Of a stretch of 64,000 nt of DNA, positions 12,001 to 23,746 are shown one piece after another (the stretch's first letter is position 1; each line of letters begins with the position of its first letter). The stretch is from NCBI GenBank assembly GCA_905178155.1, contig CAJINV010000009.1:620001-684000 (forward strand), written 5' to 3'. A program made the translations under genes and the position numbers. The notes under the pieces were generated by a model. It was not told the origin of the DNA. It saw only the letters and a program-made list of their open reading frames with translations, and did no database searches. This DNA comes from Amoebophrya sp. A120. Taxonomy: Eukaryota; Protista; Dinoflagellata.

Positions 12001-13448
12001 GGCACCGAAAGCGAACAAGAGTAAAAAGGGAAAAGCAAAGAAATCAAAATCATCTTCTTCAAAATCCGGCACTAGAAGGCAGCTTTCTACTTCAGACTTT
12101 GAGCAGCAGCAGGATTTTGAGGACGAGGAGATGCCGACGACAGAAGCGCCCGATCTCCTGCTGGATGAGGAGAACGAGTGGGCGCGGTTGCTGAGTGCAA
12201 ACGACACCGGCGACGGGAGGCCCGCGTATTGTGCCGGTGAAGACCCGATAAACACGACCAACATGAACTGCACCACGACTTCCAGCACGAGTTCCACCTC
12301 CACCACGACCACGCTGCCCTCGGTTGACGTGTACTTCAGCAGCGAAAGTGGCGGTGACTTTTTCAAAAACACCTTCTACGAGGTCTGGGCGAGGGAAGTC
12401 TTCAACGATGGCCCACTGTATCGCACCAGCAGCAAGGGCGTCACCGGCGAGTTTGTGTTGCGGTACAAGGAGCCGATCAAGGTGGGACACACAACGAGTA
12501 TCATGACCAACAGCGATAATCCCGGAGCGCTGATGGAGTACAACAACTGTGGCACTTTTGTGACTTTTTGATCGTTTATTTTCTGACATTTTTCGTGTGG
12601 GTTTTTCTTTTTGTACACATTCGCTTTGTGGTCGAGTCAGTTGGTGTACTAGTGGGTTAGGGCTTTTTGTTTTGATTCCATTCGAAGACACGTTTCCAAA
12701 CAAGGGACTTACCTATGATCAACACTTGAACCTGCTACCAAGTTGCAAACAACTATTTCTCAGGCTGAAAATGCGCACGGTGAATAACAACGGCGCCAGC
12801 GACTTTACGCCCCCGATATTGGTCTACTCGGGCGAGTTATGCAAAGAAAAAGAGAGTGTTGCCGAATCACACTTCTACTTCAGCGACTGATACTGAAATT
12901 TTCTCTGCATCACAGAGAAAACTTGCGCTTGTCATGCAGAAATCATAAGGAGCAACACAACAGCAAGTATGAAGGAGGTAGACGCTTAGCGAATATCTTC
13001 GGCATGATAGCTGAGCTAGTCTATGTTGCTGGGCCTGCAACGCAGTGTGCTCTTTTTCTTTGCATACGACCGGTGCCCGCCAGTGCGGAATCTCACGTTG
13101 CTGGAAGAAGACCCGGAGTTTGTCACGGTGAACTGGCAGCCGCCCGAACACACCGGGTATGCGCCGTTCGTGCTTTACTACGAGGCGAGTTACACGACGA
13201 ACTCAACGCGGATCAGCATCCCGGCCATCAACGTCGGAGATCCGACCTTGCCCCTCGATTCTCAGGGCACATTGTACTCGATGACGGAGGGCCTTTCGGA
13301 GCAGCGGGCTAATTACGATCTTTACTGGGACATCAACAAGGCGGATCTACGGGCGTTCGGGTCCCCAGTCATGTACTACACAATAACGCCGGTCACGCAC
13401 GTCGGTAGGGGGACGCCCACGACCATTCAGGGCCCGGTCGTTCTGTAG
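1..13448 (+). CDS. Giant extracellular-type protein, YHYH-like domain followed by many fibronectin type III repeats; 5'-truncated, multi-exon (>3,950 aa)
   Basis: Frame open from nt 3. YHYH-family motifs TNGIPNH, LDTCNAH..YGYH, LIGFMLDGFPIY, CDLDDANG, YAYVATDEYPF. Many FN3 signatures (HWQPPNYNGG, YSVRIRSENVVGFGPWS, YRFRVAAINRLGRGPVS). Predicted introns: ~1903-2343, 7528-7644, 10310-10516 (GT-AG), 10764-10965 (GT-AG), 11220-11469, 12552-12687 (GC-AG, tentative), 12838-13071. Their removal gives one continuous frame of 3953 codons ending at TAG 13448. Confidence 0.85.
1903..2338. mobile_element. Degenerate TIR introner (TATGG...CCATA), 436 bp, carrying an internal palindrome array
   Basis: The 5' end tatggtgagaaggagggaatggggtggtg loosely matches the reverse complement of the 3' end (tatggagaaggggcaggaggagggtggggtgggtg). 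It contains the stop of ORF 135..1910. Removing 436+5=441 nt restores frame (NSV-RGGLIPIEW). No recognisable direct repeat remains. Confidence 0.6.
2005..2172. repeat. Array of 18-bp palindrome TGTCAGACGCGTCTGACA
   Basis: Copies at 2005, 2035, 2055 (1 mismatch), 2081, 2101 (1 mismatch), 2131 and a partial copy at 2161; spacers 12, 2, 8, 2, 12, 12 nt. Confidence 0.95.
7528..7639 (-). mobile_element. TIR introner family A (112 bp), reversed relative to the copies at 55289 and 58451
   Basis: tatccacagaaaaaaaacc...gtgttttttcctggata flanked by DR gagct (7523-27 / 7640-44). Removing 117 nt gives YDPSSIDANGGKIEAVYVYV in frame. Confidence 0.92.
11220..11464. mobile_element. TIR introner (245 bp) with perfect 27-bp TIR
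   Basis: TIR tatcaaatgcaaaaatgtctgggtctg; DR tacat (11215-19 / 11465-69). Removing 250 nt joins DPGY-IVGAPLPASG in frame. Confidence 0.93.
12838..13066. mobile_element. TIR introner (229 bp) with perfect 17-bp TIR
   Basis: TIR tatgcaaagaaaaagag; degenerate DR cgagt/cgacc. Removing 234 nt joins LVYSG-DRCPPVRNLT (FN3 start) in frame. Confidence 0.85.
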
Positions 13449-15343
13449 ATGTGTCGGCGGCTTTACAGAAGCAAAAAAGCAAAAGGGTGCTTTGCGTAGC
13501 CGGTTTTTTGAAAAGTCCGAGAACTGCAGACACACATGGAGGGCGCCCTGCAAGTGCTGCGTCGTGAGAACTCTCCAAGCACATCGAATTCAATTTCATC
13601 AAATTCAATATACCCAGTGAGGTCAGCCGCGACCTACTACAAAACTGAATCTAAATTTTACTTAAACTCCTGAAGCAGAGACAGGTGCTTTTTTTTCAAA
13701 CTTCTCTTCGTTTTTGCAAAAAAGTGGACTTAGCTAAGCACAACCAGGACATCAAAAGTTAAGCATTTCATACAAGGATGATATCTGTTGGAGCACCGAC
13801 TTCAACGGATAGGGATGAGCACGCTTATAAAGACAGCGGTGAGTCGTGATTTACTTCGACTTTCATCTTGATTACTAAATACGTAGACCAGAATCACTAG
13901 TGGAAGAAAAAAAAGAGACACCTTACGATTTCGTCGTGGTGTCCAAGAAACAAGATTACTTGACTTGATTTTGCTGTTACATCAGCTTGTGCTGCTCGCG
14001 ATGCGCAACAGTTTTCCGTTTTCAGTTTTACGCTAAAATTCAATCCTTAGCTTAGTACTTGTGGTCTTCTGTATCTATCTGTGGATGCGTAGGCCCGCAA
14101 AGAAATGATAGTTTCACCTTAATCAACCAAGAACCGACGGAGTTCTTCTAGTTTATTGCTCTCGTATCAGAACTGTATTTCAAATTTGTTTTACCTACGT
14201 ATTGTCGTCGCAATATGATGTGATACGACTCCTCTCGAAATTGCTTTCAGATTCATTTTTCCTGGAATAAGAGGAAAATTGTTTATTTGTTCAGGTTGGC
14301 TGATGTGTACACCACTTTCGTTGGTATGAAAAGTTCAACTGTATTCCATAGTTGTCGTGTGTTTCTTTGCTTATTTTGGGAAAAGAAAAAAAATCGCACT
14401 TGCAGTGCCGGCTAAGAGTAAGGCGAATAGGGATACCGTTGGAGTTAATGATTTCAACCTGGCTTTGTTATTCGGTTTCAATTTTTGCTCTCTTTTGTTT
14501 CGAACGGAACGGACGTAAGCGGTCGACTTTGTCGCTTGTTTTATTCCACCTTTTAAAAAACAAATTTCGCGACGGCTCCGATCACTCGATAGCCACAGCA
14601 GCAGCCTTCTCCGCGAGCTCTTGCGAAGTATCAGTCCTCTTTTTAAGCAGGCAGATTTTGTTCTCGCCGACGTTCGAAATTTACCACAAAGCAAGCTGCA
14701 TCGCGAGAGGATCTTGAGAGTAGCAACAAATCCGAGAGTGAGTGGTCAGCATACATAATGATGGCCCACGAATGCCGTTGCTTTTCATAGTCCTTCAGCT
14801 GTCGCCTTGCAGTTGCACTTGCTCGCGTGCGTGGTTGGCTATGTCGCTGAAACAAAGATGGGTACCGGAGTAAAGAAGGCACGTGTAGTCAACATATCAT
14901 TGACTTCGCTTTTTTGGTTTAAGATGCATCTGCTTCCCTCACCAACATCATGTCGCTTTTATTTTACCGCGACCTTATTTCTCTTGCTTTTTCGAACGTC
15001 TATTTCAGGCTACCAGCAGAACAAGCATTGGGAGTGTGTAGTGTCCATTGTAGTGTGTAGTAGATTCGCTTTGGTATCCATTAGCGCGACACTCTGTGTG
15101 GAGGTATGTTCCTAGCTACAGCAATGTGCTGTAGTATTTTCTGAACAGAAGCAAGTAGTAGCAGCATCTGATCTAGTCCAGCCGATGGTAGTTCAAATTC
15201 AAAGTCTAGTCCGGAAGGTGGTGCAGCCACCGCACTGTGGACGAGATAAAGCAAAAGTGCGAGGAGCTGTGAGGAAACGTGCTGTCTCAGTAGAGACGCG
15301 AGAGCCAACAAATTTGAATCTTCCAAAGACGAGGTAGCACAGA

Positions 15344-18300
15344 ATGTCGTTTCGCACCCTCGAGCAGACGCATCTGTACGTCATCTGCCTCGAATCCTTC
15401 GAGATCGTGGCTCCAGACGCGAATCTTCTTGGCAGCAGCTTCCTCGCGACATGGTACTCTGACTCTGTAATTTCTACGACCTCGCTTTCGCTGTGCTTCA
15501 TCTTCATTTTTTCTCTACATCCTTCTTGTCGTTCAGACTGAGGGTCGTTCTTGTGCATAAAGATAAAGTCTACAACATAGTACATCTACATATGCAATTT
15601 CATCAAATGTTCTTCCTGAAACAACTTTGCAGGCAGCTCGAGAGCGCAACGAAAAGCACGGACTACGGAGCGGAGGACGCAACACGAGTCCGGGTCCGGC
15701 GGTATACCACCTCGCGCAATGGCGAGAACACGCACTACCTGAATTTCGTCGTTTTTCTCAGCGTGCACGACCGCAAGAAAGAGGAAGACAGCGAGTACGT
15801 CCACTTGGAGCTGACCGACGGGGTGACGAATGCGACGATTTGTTCCACAGACATTCGGCTGCAGGACTTCGCACAAACGGACAATTTTGAACCCGCGCAC
15901 GTGGAGCTGTACTCGCCCGGGGACGATGCGACCGCGGGAGTTGTCGCCAGAGCCGTTATTTCGTCCGCGCGGCAGACCCGCGTCGTGTCTGAGGAGGAGC
16001 TGCCACACAGCAGCCAAGATGTTGAAAAGGTTCCCACCGACGAGCCGGAGGTGGCCTTTTTCGTGGAGGAGCTGGATGCCCAAGTATAATTTCCTTGGGA
16101 ATTTTTGTTCGTGCGAGATCTTGTGTGTGTGCTCAAGTTTCTCCTCTCGAAGAAGTGTCATCGAGACTGGAAGGGAAAACGAGTTTTGTTTTGCCCGATT
16201 CGAATTTGACACTGGTTCTGCCATACCGATCTTTAGCGAATAATAAACGTCCAAAATTTTATCCAGGTATGGCATCTTTTCAGCACGTGTTACCCGGAGC
16301 AGGCACAGGAATACGTGGACCAAGCGCAACAGGAATCGTCCCAAGATCCTCACAACTTCGCCGTCGACCATTTGTCCACCATTCACGAGGGTCCGGAGTC
16401 CCCAGGCAGTGTCGAGCTGGACCAGCTAGGGATTAGCATCGAGCGGGAAAGGCGCTCGGCTTCCCCGTCACCCCCGCCGCATGGAATAGGTTCGGTGGAG
16501 CACGAACAGGAGGGGCAAACCGCGACTGCAGGAGATGAAGGTGGCGCCGAGCGAGACGATGTGATCGTCGAAGATGTTGAAATAGAACATCAAGAAGAAG
16601 GTGGCCTGGAGGTGGACGACCGCGGAGCGCTGCTGAGTGACGCTTTCGGGGTGCTGGAGGGCAAGGAGCCATCCAGGCCCGGATCGAGGAAAACATCGCC
16701 GACCGAGCAACAGAAATTCTACCAAACGCCGATAGATCTGGTTAACGCAGGGGGCGGACCATCTTCGCGCACTGTGGGGGCGCAGGAAGTCGTGTCTCTG
16801 GGGTCTGAGTCGAATCAAAGCTCCATTTTACCTGAGGACGACGACGATGACGACAATTTGCCGCTGCCCCCAATTAGTCCGGAGTTGCCGACAGTCAAGA
16901 TCGTGCAACTACGAAAGTCGCCTGAGCAAGGTGGAGCGCCTTTATTCTCGCAGGCGGACGACAGGAGTCGAGCGCAAGACGCTCCTCCGCACGGCGAGAA
17001 AGCTGCCGAGAGGCACCTCTCCTTCTCTACTTCGCGCGGATCACCGCCTCTCAACGAAATGCCGCCAGGGCGGCGAGACTTGAGCGTGAGCCACCGTGGG
17101 TTGATCGAGATTGACATGCGAAGTGGGGCAAGCCCAAGCGAGGTCAACACTGGAGTTGCAAGCAGCTCATCTTCTGGACCAGCTGTTCGCAAAATCTCCT
17201 CGAAACCGCCGACACCAGATAGGACCGTGGAAGTACAACAGAGGCCACAGGACGAGAGGTCAAAGCCTCTAACTCCCGAGGTCATCAAGGAGCGCCCGGT
17301 GCGGCGCAGGTCAGGCGCTGGATTATCTTCTTCACGAGGTGCGGATTCAAATGTGGACTTCGCGCAGCCACCAACGGAAGACGACCTGCACCTTTCGGAG
17401 CAGAAGAGTCAGCACGTCGTCGATTTGGTTCACGATTTGTCGAGCTTTACGATGAATTCTTCGGCCGGCTGTGCGGACGTGCAGACTCTGCACCAAACAA
17501 ACTTTCAGACCGGGGGCTCGAGTTCCAGCACCAGTGCCTGCTCGTCTTCCACCACTGTCGGACCTCCAGCACCGCTCGTCACCGATAACCTGAATCGGTC
17601 CGACACCAGTGCGCGGACCGCGTCGCCGGATTCCGCGACCAAGATCTTCGGCGGATCAGCGACTTCGACGCCCGCTGTGGCGACTGCGCCGCCGACACTG
17701 CTCAAGCAGCACCAAAGCTCCAACTCCGGTGCTGCCTTGACCAGCACTCCGACCTTGCAGAACACCATTCTGCGACGCGACCACCAATTGCTCTCCGACG
17801 ACACGCTGGCCCAAACGATTCTGCCGGGTACGAGCAACCTCAATCAAAACGAGTCTTTGACGAGAAGCGTGAACACGGTTCTGCCTGACACCGAATACAA
17901 CGACAGCGTCAGCGGCGCCGCGACGATTGTGAATCCGAACAAGAGCCAACTGCTGGACAACAGCGTGCAAAGCCTGTTCAGTGGTGAAACTGCGAGACGA
18001 ATCTTGACGCCGGACCAATCCTCGCGAACTGGGCCGGTGAGCAACCTTGCGTCGACTGGTGGACAGCAGTACATCCGCGGTGGCACCGGCGCCAACCTGC
18101 TGCGAGCCAACTATTACGCGAAGCAGGTCGACGACGAGCGAAAAATCGAAGTCCAGAAAACTAGCATGGCAGGAAGCGGAGTTTATTCCGACCCGCCCGC
18201 TGCACAAGCTGCGACTTCATCCTCCAGAGCCGCTCGGCTTCGAAGTCCCGTGTTTCCACCCGATGAACAAGAATTTCGCTTCCAGGAGTCGTTACAACAG

Positions 18301-21300
18301 GAGGTGGAAGTAGACGCCAAGCCCCCAAGTTTCGCCGAGGCGCAAATGCGTTCGAAAGAGAGCAATCGCTCGGAGCGCCCTGCAAATCGAAAACTCGGGA
18401 CATCGAAGAGCACAAGTCCCATGGACATCTGGCCGACTGCGTCAAAGGAAAGCGCGAGTGTCCAGCACCAGCAGGAGCCGCAAGTTCTCGGCGACCAGGA
18501 TCTGCGGGGCAGCCTGAACGTGAGCGATTTCATCGTCAAGGCTGCAACTGAGGAGAGGAAAGAACAACAATCAGGAGGGCAGGAGCCACCCGCTACACAA
18601 GCAAAGGAGGGGCAAGGGGTCACCTTATTGAAGACCAATAAGCCGCGGGACATCCGCGTCGATCAAGCTACGACTTTTGCCTCTCACGACAGCGCACGCT
18701 TCGCATCACGAGAGCAAGACGATAATTATCATCCAGCAGGAGCACCTGCGGCTTCCAATCAAATGAGCAAGCGCGTGCAGCAAGCCATTATGCAGAACAG
18801 GAACCCTCCTCGGTACAACTACGAGAACGAACAGCCGCGCCGGGTCTCGGTCCAGTCGTTGCACACCGAGTACGATAGTCCCGGAGAGCAGGAGGGGCGG
18901 GAAGTCGTGACGCAGAGTGTAGTGCACCAACAGGGTGCTTCTGCAACTTCAAACCAGCACCAGCTGCAAACAATCGGGAATAATGGCAATTCCTCCTCCT
19001 CCTCGACAACCGGGCAAAGGACGGACTCGCAGCACTCAACGGAAGTTTCTAAGGACCGCATCATCTGGACTGGTTGGGAGGAGCCAGCGCCGACATTTTC
19101 CCTGATGGCGCCGGATTCACCGCACGAGCTGCAATTTTCCGGCCGGAAAACGCGATCGCGAAAGGGATCGGAGGACCTGGCGAGCGCGAGCGGAGTTGTG
19201 GTGCCGCAGGTCCTTGGGGCTCAACCCCCGACGTCTTTGACTCCGCCCGTGCTCGCGCAGCCGCAATTCGGAGCTGCAAAGCCTCTACCTACATCATCCG
19301 CAGAGGGTGGACGCGGAGACGTGGACAACTTGCTCTTTTCGTCCGGTACAAGCGGGCCCTCGTCGGCGGTTCAAGTTCCGCGCGATGGACTTCTGCTGCC
19401 TCCGCCGCTGCCGCCGACAAAAGCAGCGTCCTCCGCCAGTTGTTCGTCTTCGTCCGCCATTTCGATGAAGAATGCAGGACAGCAAGCTGCGCCTGCCCGC
19501 GTGGTGATGGATCGACCGCGCTCCGCGCGACGGCCCATTACGCCCGCAGCCGCGACTACTACTACAGCAACCCAACCCGCGTTTCTGCAGCAGACGCCGC
19601 CCTTGCCACCAGATGGCGACACCAGGCTCAAGAACACCGCGGTGATTTTTGACCCCGGTCTCCCACCACGCGGACCACCAACAACTGGAGGCTCTGCCAC
19701 AGCGGTGCCCGATGTGGGGCCACCTGTTTTGATTCAACGAGAAGCAATAGCGATAGCAAAGGAGCAAAGTGCCGGTGTACTGCAGGAGCATGAAAATGCT
19801 GCCTTTCACGACACAGCAGTGGTAGCGCCCCCGACGCCGACGCGCATGACGGAACTGATTCAGAAAAACATGCCAACGCTGCAGCATTACGTGTCGTCCC
19901 CGCTGCGCAAGCCAGAGACGGAGGATGATTTGCAGAGGAGTCAGAAGATCCACGAAAAGATCAACAAGGTCGCTGGCATGCTGGAAACTCAGTTGGGTTC
20001 TCCTGTAGGAGCTGCGACTGCTTCTAGTACAGCAGCAAAGGCGGCCGGGGCCATTCGGAGAAACAAGTCTTCGCCGCCAAAAACGCGGCTAAATCAGCGC
20101 GTTGTCCAGCATGTGCGCGCCCGGCCGCCTGCGGGTCCGGCCGGCGCCTCCAGGGCGAATGCTCAAGCAGAAGAAAGACAACAGCAGGAGGAGAAGAACT
20201 TTGAAGAGCAGATTCCCATGGTAAAACAGGTCGATCAATCCGCATCCCTTGATGACACCGAAAACGAACTCACCCCTTCGTACGCTCAACACACCGCCTC
20301 TTCCAAGCGGAAGCTGTCCTACGGAGGCGGGCGAGGATCGGCAATTCCTGTTTCCGACATTCATCCCGGCCAGCACCCTGATGTGAGCAACCAAAATGAC
20401 GTGACGAACGATAGTAGCGTCCTTGCAGAGGAGTCGGCGCGGGCGTCCAACACCTCCCTTCCGCGCTACATGCTTCCGCGAAGCAATTCGCCGCGGAAGA
20501 GAAGGCACAACGTCGTCGAGATCGGAGCCGAGCAACACGCTTCGTCCTCAACCTCCGCCACGACCAGACACCGCGTTGCCTCTCGTGGTGCTTCCGGTCC
20601 GCCACATGCTGGCCACCAGCGGGCGGTACCACGGCAAACGAGGCTGAGCCTGATCCAGCATTTGCGGGATGACGAAGACGACGACGAGGCGGGTATCCCC
20701 TCGATCCGCGAACCCCAGTTCAAACCGCCGGACCGGACGTTCAGCTTCGCGGCGCAAGGTGGGATGGCGCTCGCGAGTGGCGGCTTGGCGGCTGCCGCGT
20801 CATCAAGCAGACCGGGCTCTGCGACGGCATCATCATCGTCCACCGGGCCGATGTTGTCCGACCAACAGAATGCAAACTTCCCCGTAACAACTTCTTCAAG
20901 AAGACCCAGCCACGAGAGCAGCGTCGGGAGTAGGAGCTTCCTGCAGCAACACAGCCAACAGCACTTTCCCCCATCTCTGCAACGGCCGTCGCCAACGTCC
21001 GACCCTACTGGAACGACCGCCAGATTGGTGCCCCCGGTCCAAAATTTTCCACTTAATGGGTATTCTTCGGGTAGTGCCATGAGCAGCAAGAATCCCACCT
21101 TCGTGTCCGTGTCCTCTTCGCCACACGAGCAGAATTTCGGCGGCCAGCAGGAGCAGCACCAGCAGGCCCAACACATGGACGAGCAGGAACGGAAAATCGT
21201 GGAATTACAGCGCCAGCTGCACGAAATGAAGATGCAAATTCAGCAGAGGAAACAAGCTGGAGCAGTCGGAGGAGCGCATGTTGTTGAGCAGCAGTTTGCA

Positions 21301-23045
21301 GCACAGCCACGAGCATTCCCACCGCAAACTCTGTACCAACGACCGCTCGCTGGAAATTCAAATTCTGGCTCCGCGTCCGCCTCGTCGACAAGTACATTCA
21401 TTTCTTTTCGCGTTTGGTTTGAGAAGATCATGTCACATTTCGCTCTGTTTCGTTGCCAGCATCAACTCTGCTAGGTGCGTGAACAGCAAAGATACAAATG
21501 CGAAAAAAAAACTCCTCGTGCTCTGCTTCCTGTACTTAAAACTCTGAGTCTCATCAGTCAACAACATTTTGGCATTCATTCACTCATCATCGTCTACATG
21601 CAATGCTCTTCACAGCACCGCGAAGCGCCACGGGCTTTGCGAATACACCAGCACCGCGGCAGCATGTAGAGCACTGGACGTCTGCAACAGCCCACTCCAG
21701 TCGCGGCTATCACACGGAAGAGGAAGCATCGATGCGCATGCCTTCTAACGAAGCTGGCGGGAGCTCTCACCGTACTTATCATATCTGATCATAATGCTGT
21801 AGAAAAGTAGACTGGATGGCGCCCCATTAGCGTAGGTTGTGCACACTCACATCAGCATTTTTACTCGTCAAGGTCATGATGTCAACTTCTTGAGCTTCTT
21901 CGTACTAAAAGTAGAAGTGGTGCCAGTGCCAGATGAGGTCCAGTTCTACTTTTATCGTTCTTCTTCCATTGTCGAAGTTATCAACGCACAACGTAGGTTC
22001 TGGCTCTTTGCGACCACGCACCCCTCGCGATCCGCCGCGTGTGCACATGCAGCCCTCGGATCCGAGCGGACCAGCACCACTACCGCCGTCGAGACCTTCC
22101 GGTCCTCCGTCGTTCGTTACACGTCCTTCACCTGTGCAGCAACAGGCTCACATCCATGGGAGTCACCAGGACCACTTCGGAGCTACCCACTACGCGCCCC
22201 AGGTGGATCGTGCAGCGGCCATTGCTCAGTTGGTCGGGAGTGCTACACCAGCCGGCGTTGCTTCGACCAGTGCCGACCGTTACAGCTACGCAGCTCAACA
22301 ACAGCAGCTCGCCGCACATGCCCAACCCCCAGCACCCCGTCCTGCCGCAGAGCAACATTTTCCACAACGTAACCAACTTCATTTTCTAGAACAACAGAAA
22401 GCTGCTCATTACCCCCCACCTGGACCCAGATTGCGACAAGAGCTCCAGCCCCCCGCTTTCGTGCAGCAAATGAACAACGAGCGACATCATCACAACTTCG
22501 GCGACAACGTAGCACCAACGGCAAGAGGACAACACCACGACCCGAATTCCCACATAAGAGGAGGCCCCTCTCCTCCTGGCTCCGGAGCCGCTATGAAAGC
22601 GCACTACCCGCGACCTTTGATGGCAGCAGCTGCCGGGGCAGGTGCGACGACAGCATTGCCGCGCGGTGGTGGAGCGATGCCAGGAGCGTCCAATCATCAT
22701 ACTGATTTGTTTGTGGACATTGACGACCAACTTCACCACGCTCGTGTTCCGCAAATTGGCGTTCCCAGGCTCATGCGCGAGCACGACTTTCAGCAACGTT
22801 CCGAATCGCACGGGTCGACGTATGGGATTTGACTTCACGACCACCCACGGAAAGCATTGCTATAAGTTGTCTGTTACATACACGGCGAGCGACTTTAGCA
22901 TCTCCAGCGTGTACTCAGTCGCTGAGTTCCATGAAGTTTTTTTGAAACTACCTCATGGGGTGGCGCTCCTCCTTTTAGGTCGTCACAACAGAAAATTCTA
23001 CACGCGGCATCGATCTGCGTCACCGTCGAGTTCTGGTGCATGTGA
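15344..23045 (+). CDS. Large hypothetical protein (~2,300 aa): small globular, possibly C2-like N-terminus, then a long S/T/Q/P-rich disordered region with a short coiled coil
   Basis: GT-AG introns 15454-15632, 16084-16266, 21392-21615 and 21772-21996 join ORFs 15344, 15493, 16315, 21603 and 21933 in frame. The 3' end is uncertain (stop at 22832, or an extra exon ending 23045). Confidence 0.65.
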
Positions 23046-23746
23046 ACGAAACGGCTTTGGTATAAGACATCTGACGTTGACGAGGCCGGGGATGCTTGAC
23101 TGAAAGACGATGAATATACTTCAGCGACAAAGAAAGCGACCAAAAACTAAAACATATGAAAACGCGTTGCAGTATGTGCAACTGTGGTCAAGGGGAAGGG
23201 CATAAGCGCCAGATACCGTCGAGAAACGTACCACGTTGAGTTCTGGTAGGTGGCGTGACAAACATGATGAATGCTCTACTTCCCGAAAGCTCTGTGTAAT
23301 CAGTCTGCCGGTTGCGGAATGCAAAGTAAGGCAGGATCATCAAAAGTTGATACATGCTGCTGATTCTAGCAGATACAAGAAGTAGATCTTCAATCAATGA
23401 AACGGATCTACTACCTTGACCTGATCTTGTTCTACAACTTCTACAAAGATGGTAGTCCTTTCAAGATGTCAGAATCAATTCCCCTCCTGCTCCTTCACGA
23501 CTAAACGGAGCGATAATTCTGATTTTCAGCGGATACAAAACTCAAGAACGCGTCTATTTGTAGACTGTATTCACAGTCGTTTGAATTTCCTTCCTATATG
23601 ATCCTTGTAGAATTTCCTCTTTTTTTATGCTAGAAAACCCCATTAATTTATCAGAAATTCCCGTTTACCGTTTTGTAGTTTGCTAGAAAAATAATATCAA
23701 CGGAAATAAACAAAAGCAACCAACATACCAAAGAACAAGAAGAATC

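Noticed and set aside
22821-22840. tatggg.. as the start of an eleventh TAT element
   Set aside because: No matching inverted terminus found downstream; a GT donor at 22820 or the stop at 22832 explains it.
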